Assembly (NCBI GenBank): GCA_037445065.1
Contig: JBBILD010000004.1
Location: 168,692-232,691 of the forward strand
Direction of reading: 5' to 3'
From: Myxococcales bacterium
GTDB lineage: Bacteria > Desulfobacterota > Binatia > HRBIN30
Length of the DNA stretch: 64,000 bases
Shown here in pieces: positions 55,982-64,000 of the stretch (positions are counted from its first letter, which is position 1; the number at the start of each line of letters is the position of its first letter). The translations under genes and the position numbers were made by a program. Under the pieces are notes generated by a model that saw nothing but the letters and a program-made list of their open reading frames with translations, did not search any database and was not told the origin of the DNA.

Positions 55982-57157
55982 ATGGACTTTCGCCCAATCG
56001 AACGCATGGAGAGTACGCGCCGCGAGTTTCGCTCGTGGCTGGAGCGCAACTTGCCCCCTGCCGAGCAGTGGCGCGTGATCCGCCGCCGGGGTGAGCTCGC
56101 AGCCAAGGTGGAGTTCCTGCGCCAGTGGCAGCGCCGTTTGTTCGACGGGGGTTGGGTGGCTCTCCACTTTCCGCGCCAGTACGGTGGCGGGGGGAGCTCG
56201 CTGCTCGATCACCTAGCGGTTCAAGAGGAGCTAGCGCGAGTGGACGCTCCGCCGTTGATCAACGCTGCGGCAATCAGCATTTTTGCCCCGACGCTTCTTG
56301 TGTTCGGTTCGGAGGAACAAAAGCAGCGCTACTTGCCGCGGTTGTTTGCGGCAGAAGAGCTGTGGTGTTTGGGATTTTCCGAGCCGAACGCAGGGTCCGA
56401 CCTCGCTTCTCTTCGCACCCGCGCAGAGCGTGTTCCCGGGGGCTGGCGAGTGAGCGGGCAAAAGGTGTGGACGACGTACGCCCACCAAGCCGACTTCGGG
56501 CTGTTTCTGGTACGCAGCGACCCAGCCGCTCCACAGCATCAGGGGATCAGTTGCCTGGTTGTCCCGATGCGCTCGCCTGGCATTACCGTGCGCCCGTTGC
56601 GCGAGATCACTGGCGAGGCCGAATTCAACGAAGTGTTTTTGGAGCAGGTGTTTGTACCTGAGGAAAACTTGGTCGGCGAGCTGCATCGCGGCTGGCAAGT
56701 GATCTTGACCGCGCTCGGTCATGAGCGCGGGACCTTGTTGTTGGTGGATCAGGTGCGGCGCCGGGTTGACCTCGAACGCCTGCGCCAGAGCTTGCGTGCG
56801 GCGGCACTCGCGCAAGATCCTCTGGTGCGCGACCGCTTTGCCCAGTTTTACACCGAGACTACGATCATGGGGCTGCATGGGTTTCGCCTGCTGAGCGATC
56901 TCGAGAAAGGGCGAGCGGCAGCCGACGTGTCAGTGCTCAAACTCTTTGGCTCGGAGATGGCGCAGCGCCTGTTCGATTTTGCGCTGTCGGTGCAGGGAGC
57001 GCATGCCCAGCTTGTCGAGGGTGACCCGCGTGCCTGCGAAGATGGTGCTTGGCAGCACCTCTGGCTCATGGCTCGGGCCATGACCATCGCCTCCGGCACC
57101 TCGGAAATTCAGCGCAACATCATTGCCCAGCGCCTTCTCGGCCTGCCGCGCGGGTAG
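55982..57157 (+). CDS. Acyl-CoA dehydrogenase (FadE-type)
   Basis: WCLGFSEPNAGSDLASL, GQKVWT, FNEVF, TIASGTSEIQRNII. Confidence 0.95.
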   Translation: MDFRPIERMESTRREFRSWLERNLPPAEQWRVIRRRGELAAKVEFLRQWQRRLFDGGWVALHFPRQYGGGGSSLLDHLAVQEELARVDAPPLINAAAISIFAPTLLVFGSEEQKQRYLPRLFAAEELWCLGFSEPNAGSDLASLRTRAERVPGGWRVSGQKVWTTYAHQADFGLFLVRSDPAAPQHQGISCLVVPMRSPGITVRPLREITGEAEFNEVFLEQVFVPEENLVGELHRGWQVILTALGHERGTLLLVDQVRRRVDLERLRQSLRAAALAQDPLVRDRFAQFYTETTIMGLHGFRLLSDLEKGRAAADVSVLKLFGSEMAQRLFDFALSVQGAHAQLVEGDPRACEDGAWQHLWLMARAMTIASGTSEIQRNIIAQRLLGLPRG

Positions 57158-57174
57158 GATTGGCTCCCCCCAGC

Positions 57175-57680
57175 CTAGCCCGGATCGCGGTGCCTTGGAG
57201 CCCTTGCATCGCATCCCGGACGTATACCGACTGGTCGAGGACGCCCCCGCGAGCGAGAGGTTGCGACCGCGCGGGTCCATCTCCCGGAGCCGCTGGCCGA
57301 TGCGCACGAGCTGCGAGCGACCGGCATTGACCATCGCGATCGTGTTCGTGCCGGGTTGGCGGTAGATGGGAACGTAGACTTGGCAGCGCCGTTGACCCGC
57401 AGGATGTTCGTCTGGATCTGAGCGGCATCCTCCACAAGGCCCACGTGGCGGACGAAAATCGGCCTGTCGTCGCGCACGGCGATAGGGAGATCGTTGAGCT
57501 CTTCGACCTAGGCGGGCATGGCATTCGCAAGCATCTGGTAGTCCACTGCGCCAGCCTCGATGTTCCCCGCCGGAACGAAAACGGATTCTCGCTGGAGCGC
57601 GCGCGTGAAGTCGAGGGGACTCAGGTTTCGTGCCTCGAGCTTCTCGCGGTTCACGTACTCGATGATTCGCCCGATCACGC
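57175..57680 (-). pseudogene. Internal fragment of an AcrB/CusA-family RND permease, degraded
   Basis: YVNREKLEARNLSP...VPAGNI...ANAMPA*VEELNDLPI...VEDAAQIQTNILRVNG / QVYVPIYRQPGTNTI / DQSVYVRDA; one TAG (57508-10) and two frameshifts. Confidence 0.8.
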
Positions 57681-57699
57681 GTCGTCTCGCGAGGGATGC

Positions 57700-57814
57700 G
57701 TGCGTGCCAGCTACCGCATAACGCAAGGTGTGCTTCGAGGGCCAGCCGCTTCCCCTTTTCAAGCTCGCCGTCGGCATCGGAGGACGAGAGCTCTGCTGCT
57801 TCCGTGCAGGTCAT
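57700..57814 (-). pseudogene. Zinc-finger (ZAS) anti-sigma factor N-terminal remnant
   Basis: MTCTEAAELSSSDADGELEKGKRLALEAHLALCGSW; HxxxCxxC with last Cys changed to Trp; ATGA overlap with the sigma gene stop. Confidence 0.7.
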
Positions 57815-58320
57815 AGCCGGCTCCTTCGCCCCGAGGGGGCTGCCAGGTGCTGGACGCGGATCTGGCGGCCGCGCCAGATTCGCGTCCGGACCGTCCCGAG
57901 AGGCACCCTCGTGACCTTGGTGGTTTCCTCGTACCGGAAACCCCATAGATCGCAGAGGAGGACGACTTCTCTTTGCTCACTCGAGAGCCGTCTCAGCGCC
58001 GCTTCGATCTCCTTGGCCGTCAGGCGCTCGACGGTTTCCGCCGAAATGGAACCCTGCGACTTGCCGCCTACGATGCGGAGCGCCTCTCGGCTTGATTCGC
58101 TTCTCGTTCGGTCGAGATGCAGATTGCACTTGATCCGCGAGAGCCACACCCGGTACTGCGCGGGCTTCCGCACCTCGCGCCAGTGGCCCAAGGCTCGTTC
58201 GTAGGCGGCCTGCACGAGGTCGTCTGCATCCCACTTGTCTGGCAAAAGCCGGCGCGCATAGGCCGTGATCTCCTACTAGAGATACGAGCAAGCCAGCCCG
58301 AAGAACTCCTCTGTTTTCAC
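57811..58320 (-). pseudogene. ECF sigma-70 factor, inactivated by tandem TAG TAG (58278-58273)
   Basis: GTG start at 58320: KTEEFFGLACSYL**EITAYARRLL..DADDLVQ..YRVWL.RI..N...REVVLL...GFRYEE....VPLGTVRTRI.RGR. Confidence 0.85.
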
Positions 58321-58340
58321 GCAGGCTCTCCAGCCGATAA

Positions 58341-58366
58341 GACGAGTGGTTGGCTCGAATCGTTCC
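58341..58366 (-). promoter_or_regulatory. ECF-type autoregulatory promoter
   Basis: Minus strand GGAAC-N17-CGTC, about 20 nt upstream of the sigma start. Confidence 0.55.
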
Positions 58367-58783
58367 ATCCTTTTTTGTGGCCCCTGGAGAAATTCGGTGG
58401 GAAAGCCCGGGTTGGCTTGAGAAGGGAGACGCTGAGGGGACTGGGACTCGCTTTCGCGGACTTGAACAGCGTCATGCAGCGCGACGCCACGGCGCCCGGG
58501 GCGTGGGCAATTGGATTCGGTTGGCTTGCTGCTGCTGGTTGTCCAGCCGGTGTGGGTCGGAGGCCGGTGATCTGGGCCGCATCCGATTGGAGTCTCGAGA
58601 GCCGCGGGGGCGAGCGGTCGTGACGTGGCGCGCGGGAGCGAGGAGGCGCTCGCAGGTCCCTCGCGGACGCGCAGGTTTTGCTCGCGCTTTCCTTGCGGTG
58701 CGTGTTCGGTGGTGGCAGACTTCTGACTTTGCGGCCGGCGGGCGCTTTGTTCTGACCGCTCGTCGCAGAAAGGGACGGCCACT

Positions 58784-59506
58784 ATGATCACCAACGCGAC
58801 CGCCGGTACACGCATCGACGAGGTGGCCGACGGAATTTACCGGGTGAGTACGCCGCTGTTCTCGGCCGACGGTGACTTTTCGTTCAATCAGTATCTCATT
58901 GTGGATGAAGAGCCGCTGTTGTTTCACACCGGCCCGCGCAAGATGTTTCCCTTCGTTCGGGAAGCTGTGAGCGCAGTGATTGCCCCACAAACGCTCTGCC
59001 ATATCGCCTTCTCTCACGTAGAGGCGGACGAGTGTGGTTCTCTCAACGAGTGGCTCGCACTTGCGCCCCGCGCCACACCGCTGTGCGGAAAGGTGGCCGC
59101 GATGGTGTCGGTCGCGGATCTTGCTGACCGGCCGCCGCGGGGACTGGCGGACGGGGAAGCGTTGCCGCTCGGCCGCCATCACGTTCGCTGGCTCGACACC
59201 CCTCATCTACCGCATGCTTGGGATTGCGGCTTTCTCATCGAAGAAGCAACCGCCACCCTGCTGTGCGGCGATCTCTTCACGCAAGGCGGAGCTGAGCTAC
59301 CCGCGGTGACCGAGGGAGACATTCTCGGCCCGAGTGAAAGCTTTCGCCACCAACTCGACTACTTCTCCCATACGAAGAACGCGCGCAGCCTGCTCGAACG
59401 CTTGGCTGCCCTCGCCCCTCGCACCCTCGCCTGCATGCATGGCAGTGCCTGGCGTGGCGACGGGGCGGGGTTGTTGCGCGCCTTGGCAGATGCGCTCGAG
59501 GGCTGA
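58784..59506 (+). CDS. Stand-alone MBL-fold di-iron protein (ODP/FprA N-terminal-like)
   Basis: FNQYLI, LFHTG, SHVEADECG, TPHLPHAWD, CGDLF, CMHG; no flavodoxin domain. Confidence 0.85.
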   Translation: MITNATAGTRIDEVADGIYRVSTPLFSADGDFSFNQYLIVDEEPLLFHTGPRKMFPFVREAVSAVIAPQTLCHIAFSHVEADECGSLNEWLALAPRATPLCGKVAAMVSVADLADRPPRGLADGEALPLGRHHVRWLDTPHLPHAWDCGFLIEEATATLLCGDLFTQGGAELPAVTEGDILGPSESFRHQLDYFSHTKNARSLLERLAALAPRTLACMHGSAWRGDGAGLLRALADALEG

Positions 59507-59631
59507 GGTGCCCCACGTCTTCCGTGCAACGCCTTGCAGGATCTCCAACGCGATCAGCCCAGCCGGCCACAAATAGTCACATCGCTGGGCCGGGGGTGCC
59601 CGGCAGAATCGTTGGGGGAGGGTGAGGCACA

Positions 59632-62226
59632 GTGCGAACGCCCCGGTGGTGTGAGAAACTGAGGGGTGTGAAGAAAGAGCGCTCTGACTTCGCCTGCCCA
59701 TCGTCCAAGGTGGGCGCTTGGTGGAGCGTCGAGCTGGAGCCATTCCTCGCGCAACTCGGGACGAATAAGCAAGGCCTGGCCCAAGCCGAGGCCGAGAGAC
59801 GGTTACGGCAGTGCGGGTTGAATTCCCTAGGCCAGCGCAAGCAGTCCGCTGCGCTTCCCTTGCTTCTCCGCCAGTTTACTACACCGATTGTCCTGCTTTT
59901 GATCCTTGCCTCCCTGCTTTCGTGGGTGCTGGAAGACTCCACCGACGCATGGATCATTCTTGGAATCGTGGTTGTCAGCGGAATACTCGGATTCTGGCAG
60001 GAAAGAGGAGCCGCCGTAGCGGTCGAGAAACTGCTCGAAACGATCGAGTTGAAGGCACGGGTGGTGCGCGATGGGGAGAGCCGCGAGCTACCGGTCGTGC
60101 AGTTGGTACCCGGAGAAGTTGTGCTCCTTGCTGCTGGCGCGGCGATTCCGGCGGATTGTCGGCTCCTCGCCGCGCGGGATTTGTTCGTGGACGAAGCGGC
60201 CCTCACGGGGGAAAGTTACCCGGTGGCAAAGAACCCCGGGGTGGTGGCCCCTGAAGTTCCGGTAAGTCAGCGGGAGAATGCGGTGTTTCTCGGCACGCAC
60301 GTGGTCAGCGGGTTCGGCACCGCGGTCGTGGTTTGTACCGGGCGAGCCACCGAACTCGGCCGAGTGTCTCAGCGGCTCCGGCGGCGACCGCCAGAGACCG
60401 AGTTCGAACACGGAGTGCGCAGATTTGGCTATCTGTTGCTCGAAATAACGCTGGTGATGACCCTGGCGGTCCTTGCGCTCAACGTGTTGTTGCAGCGGCC
60501 GGTACTCGACTCGTTTCTGTTCGCGCTGGCGCTGGCTGTCGGGCTTACTCCGCAACTGTTGCCGGCGATCATCAGCGTCAACTTGGCGCGGGGGGCACAA
60601 AGAATGGCGCAGCAGCAGGTGCTGGTCAAACGCCTTGCCGCGATCGAGAACTTCGGCAGCATGGATGTGCTGTGCTCGGATAAGACCGGCACTCTTACCG
60701 TCGGCAAGGTGCAAGTACACGCGGCACTCGATGTGTTGGGAAGACCGAGCGACCGCGTTCTCTTTTTTGCTTTCCTCAACGCGGCGTACGAGACGGCTTT
60801 TCAAAACCCTCTCGACGAGGCCCTCCGCACCTACCGCCCTTTTGCACTGGACGATTGGCATAAACTCGACGAAGTCCCGTACGACTTCGGTCGCAAGCGC
60901 CTCAGCGTACTGGTCGAGCACGGGGCCGAAACCATCATGGTGACCAAGGGTGCGCTGCGGAGCATCCTCGACGTCTGCACAACCGCCGAGAAAGAGCCCG
61001 ACACCCTCGCACCGATTCGTGAGCTGCGTGCGGCCTTGCTGCGCACATACGAGGACCTCACCACGCAAGGCTTTCGCACCCTCGGGGTGGCGATCAAGCG
61101 ACTGGATGGCGTGAGGGTCATTGATCGCGACAGCGAGTCGGAGATGACGTTCCTTGGCCTCCTTGCGTTTTCCGATCCCCTAAAGCCGGGAGTGGCCGAG
61201 ATCGTGGCTTCCCTCGAACGCCTGGGCGTGCGACTCAAGATCGTCAGCGGAGACCAGGCGCAGGTAGCGGCACGAGTGGCTGGGGAAGTCGGATTCGCGA
61301 CACCGCGGGTTCTAACCGGCACCGAAGTCCGTGGTCTGAGTGACGACGCTCTCGCCGTGCGTGCGGAGAAGACGGATGTGTTCGCGGAGATCGAGCCCAT
61401 TGACAAGGAACGAATCGTGCGGGCTTTGCGCAAGCTCGGTCATGTGGTGGGCTATATGGGCGACGGGATCAACGACGCTCCTGCCCTACATGCTGCCGAC
61501 GTGTCCCTCTCGGTGCAAGGTGCAGTGGACGTTGCCAAAGAGGCGGCGGACATCGTGCTGCTGGAAAAGGACCTCGCTGTGCTCGAAGCCGGCGTGCGCG
61601 AGGGAAGACGCACGTTTGCCAACACGCTCAAGTACGTGTTCATGGCCAGCAGCGCGAATTTCGGCAACATGTTCAGTATGGCGGGAGCCTCGCTTCTGCT
61701 CCCGTTTCTGCCCTTGTTGCCCAAGCAAATCCTGCTCACGAATCTGCTCACTGACCTCCCGGAGCTGACCATCGCGACCGATCGCGTAGACCCAGATTGG
61801 ATGGCGCGGCCGCACCGCTGGGATGTAGGGTTTATTCGGAAGTTCATGGCCGTGTTCGGCCTCGCGAGTTCTCTCTTCGACTACATCACGTTCGCAGTCT
61901 TGCGCTATGGGCTGGAGGCGGGGGATGTGGAGTTTCGCACCGGGTGGTTTGTTGAGTCAGTGGTCTCAGCCGCCGTGATCGTTCTGGTCTTACGCACGCG
62001 GATGCGCAGCACGGCAAGCTTGCCCGCGCGGGGGCTTCTGCTTGCGGTGATCGCAGTGAGCGCGGTCGCGACTGCCCTGCCGTTTAGCCCCCTAGGAGCC
62101 CTTTTCGACTTCGTTCCGCTTCCTCCGGCCTTTCTCGTTGTGGTGCTGCTGATTGTGTTTGCCTACGGCGCCACAGTGGAAGGGATCAAGAGGTGGTTTT
62201 ATCAGCGAATCGCTCAGAACGAATAA
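59632..62226 (+). CDS. mgtA: Magnesium-translocating P-type ATPase (P-IIIB)
   Basis: AVGLTPQLLP, IENFGSMDVLCSDKTGTLT, MGDGIND, SANFGNMFS, FRTGWFVES; start uncertain. Confidence 0.92.
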   Translation: MRTPRWCEKLRGVKKERSDFACPSSKVGAWWSVELEPFLAQLGTNKQGLAQAEAERRLRQCGLNSLGQRKQSAALPLLLRQFTTPIVLLLILASLLSWVLEDSTDAWIILGIVVVSGILGFWQERGAAVAVEKLLETIELKARVVRDGESRELPVVQLVPGEVVLLAAGAAIPADCRLLAARDLFVDEAALTGESYPVAKNPGVVAPEVPVSQRENAVFLGTHVVSGFGTAVVVCTGRATELGRVSQRLRRRPPETEFEHGVRRFGYLLLEITLVMTLAVLALNVLLQRPVLDSFLFALALAVGLTPQLLPAIISVNLARGAQRMAQQQVLVKRLAAIENFGSMDVLCSDKTGTLTVGKVQVHAALDVLGRPSDRVLFFAFLNAAYETAFQNPLDEALRTYRPFALDDWHKLDEVPYDFGRKRLSVLVEHGAETIMVTKGALRSILDVCTTAEKEPDTLAPIRELRAALLRTYEDLTTQGFRTLGVAIKRLDGVRVIDRDSESEMTFLGLLAFSDPLKPGVAEIVASLERLGVRLKIVSGDQAQVAARVAGEVGFATPRVLTGTEVRGLSDDALAVRAEKTDVFAEIEPIDKERIVRALRKLGHVVGYMGDGINDAPALHAADVSLSVQGAVDVAKEAADIVLLEKDLAVLEAGVREGRRTFANTLKYVFMASSANFGNMFSMAGASLLLPFLPLLPKQILLTNLLTDLPELTIATDRVDPDWMARPHRWDVGFIRKFMAVFGLASSLFDYITFAVLRYGLEAGDVEFRTGWFVESVVSAAVIVLVLRTRMRSTASLPARGLLLAVIAVSAVATALPFSPLGALFDFVPLPPAFLVVVLLIVFAYGATVEGIKRWFYQRIAQNE

Positions 62227-62409
62227 AGCCGAATGGAAGCGAGCCGGTTGTTACCGGTCCACGCGCGGCTCCTGGCCAGCGGTGCGTACATTCCCCGAGC
62301 ACAAGAATTTTTGTTTCGTCGTGTAGCGCCCATCCGGAACGGATGCTATAGCGACCCGGCTCGCTGAGAGCGGGGGCTTTTAAAAGGGCGCGCCGGAAAG
62401 GAGGACGCG

Positions 62410-62799
62410 ATGCCGACGGACCACGGCGAAAAGGCTGGGCGAGATTTGAGCGAGGACTATGTTTGTTGGGTGCTCGGGATTGCCCCGGATCCGGACAAGC
62501 CGAGCAGGCTCTCGATGAGGTACCTGACGGAGGGCATTCCCGACACAATCCGCAACGAGATGAACGAGTGGGGCCTCCGCGATTGGGTTTCCGGGGAGAG
62601 TTACCTGGAAGCCCGTGGGATGGCATTGCGGGGCGAGATCGAACCGTGGGACATTCCATTGCGGGCTATAGAGATCGAAGAAGCCACGGATTTCATGGGT
62701 GGTCTGTTCGGGCCGGACCGTACGCTTTCCGGAGCTCCGCCTTTCTATTGGACCCGGAAAGCGAGGGCGGAGCGCAAGGCGCGAAGAAAACGTTGGTAG
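62410..62799 (+). CDS. Hypothetical protein (acidic body, basic C-terminal tail)
   Basis: Strong RBS AAAGGAGG before ATG; protein-like composition; no recognised family. Confidence 0.6.
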   Translation: MPTDHGEKAGRDLSEDYVCWVLGIAPDPDKPSRLSMRYLTEGIPDTIRNEMNEWGLRDWVSGESYLEARGMALRGEIEPWDIPLRAIEIEEATDFMGGLFGPDRTLSGAPPFYWTRKARAERKARRKRW

Positions 62800-63077
62800 C
62801 TGGTGATGGGGGTGTCGCCGGGAGCTGTGCAGGAATGAACCCAACGGGGCTGCCCCGTCCGAGCGGGAGCGGCTCTGCCTTGGCGGTGCGAGTGTCGGGC
62901 AAAGGCGACGGCGTGAAGGAGGACAATGCTTATAGGAAGCCGGTTTCCTTGCGGGCCGAGCACCGCCGAGCGCCGATGCACCGTTGCTATGGAGGAAACC
63001 TGGTGGTGGGCCCGGGAAGGAGGGCGTGGGCAGGCGAAGGGCACTGTTGCCGCACGACAGCCGCGTGGACGCCGTGA

Positions 63078-63905
63078 GTGAGCCGGCGCATTCCGGTAGG
63101 AGCCGCGGGCCTGCCGCAACCATGCATGACCGAGGGCAGCCTAGGGAAGGAGGTTCAGTTGGGCGAAATCGCGGGATACATTTTTTCTTTTTGGGGTTAC
63201 GAGTTCAATTTTCTCGGTGAAATTTCGCGCTGCGCCAACGATAGAGTATTCACGACCGAAGTATACAAGGACTTGCGCGGAAATTTTTACGGTGGTGACG
63301 GCAAAGTCGTTGTCGCGGTGAACAACGGCTGGCCGAACGCGGAGCGCATCGGGTCCGCTCCGATCCACTTGCTCGCCCCCTTGGATGTGGACTGGTACGG
63401 TGGGGGTCGCTTTCCCGCAACCTGGTTTCGGTACGATGATCCGACTGCCATTCATGCGGAGCAGGCCGCTGTCTTGCATGGCGCTTTGCAGGTGGCGGTG
63501 GTGGACGCGTATGTGCGTCTGCGCGGGCAGACACTGGAGGTCATTCGTAGCTTTATCCGTTTGACCGAGCGCAACGTTGTCATCAGCCTTTCCCGGCAGG
63601 GGCTAGGCTTGGAGAACGAAGAAACCGCCATCGTGCTGAGGGTGGAGGACCCCAATCTGTGGGTTGCTCGCTGTGTTCAGTTTGCTGTGGACAAGAAGTA
63701 CGTGAACGCCGTGCTGGCAGCGGCAAGACGGGTCGGAGAGATGTCGGTCACTTCGTCTTCAGTGCCGCGCGAGCCGGGATGTGCCGCCAGTGGACGTCAC
63801 GTTGCGGTGTTGCGGAGCGGCCGCTGCCAGCTTTTGGGTTTTCACGAAGATTTGGCTCGCACAGGCAGGGCGCGCAGCCGCTCGCGCAAGGCCGGCACAG
63901 CATAA
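63078..63905 (+). CDS. Hypothetical protein
   Basis: 275-codon ORF with a globular-looking middle, locally AT-richer; start and end uncertain. Confidence 0.5.
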   Translation: MSRRIPVGAAGLPQPCMTEGSLGKEVQLGEIAGYIFSFWGYEFNFLGEISRCANDRVFTTEVYKDLRGNFYGGDGKVVVAVNNGWPNAERIGSAPIHLLAPLDVDWYGGGRFPATWFRYDDPTAIHAEQAAVLHGALQVAVVDAYVRLRGQTLEVIRSFIRLTERNVVISLSRQGLGLENEETAIVLRVEDPNLWVARCVQFAVDKKYVNAVLAAARRVGEMSVTSSSVPREPGCAASGRHVAVLRSGRCQLLGFHEDLARTGRARSRSRKAGTA

Positions 63906-64000
63906 GCGCGCGGGCGCCAGCCTGCGCTGGCCGTAGTGGTGCCGCCGCGGGAACGCGGGCTGAGCCGCGAGCCGCCGGGCGCCGCGCCGCCAAGTGCGCG

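Noticed and set aside
1571..58278. Genome-wide TAG recoding suggested by in-frame TAGs at 1571, 57508 and 58273-58278
   Set aside because: TAG terminates intact genes here (34653, 35891, 57157), and the 57-58 kb cases sit in a region that also has frameshifts and truncations.
1..64000. tRNA, rRNA, CRISPR array, transposase/integrase, defence system
   Set aside because: None recognised by eye; almost all sequence is explained by CDS. A tRNAscan/Rfam run would be needed to exclude small RNAs.

Overview
GC-rich bacterial chromosomal window, densely coding (~50 CDS). Gene content (many acyl-CoA dehydrogenases, SCP-x-type thiolases, SDRs, LLM oxidoreductases, a YVTN/cohesin/TSP3 secreted protein, a deltaproteobacterial-type Fur box) suggests a Binatia/Deltaproteobacteria-like organism; this is inference only. 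From left to right it holds: a partial PAS-histidine kinase missed by the ORF track; a membrane glycosyltransferase-like gene split by an in-frame TAG; a paraoxonase-like lactonase; an acyl-CoA dehydrogenase pair with an acetoacetate-decarboxylase-like gene; a membrane-anchored AKR-FeS protein followed by Fur-boxed feoAB; lipid/amide hydrolases; a Ca-type P-ATPase; bcp; namZ; a comA-centred cluster (NTP-transferase, ComA, GNAT, methyltransferase, D-2-hydroxyacid dehydrogenase, HAD phosphatase, ATP-grasp ligase); MoxR/VWA/PEBP; TetR-RND efflux; a MerB-like/WS-DGAT/LLM/LLM operon; an MFS-spermidine synthase fusion; a PhlABC-like thiolase module; a decayed ECF-sigma/anti-sigma/RND relic; an ODP-like protein; mgtA; and a structured intergenic element followed by orphan ORFs. 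My best candidate for an undescribed system is the comA cluster, a possible ComB/ComC-independent sulfonate synthesis-and-ligation pathway. I saw no rRNA, tRNA, CRISPR array or transposase. All functional calls come from motif recognition by eye, not database searches.
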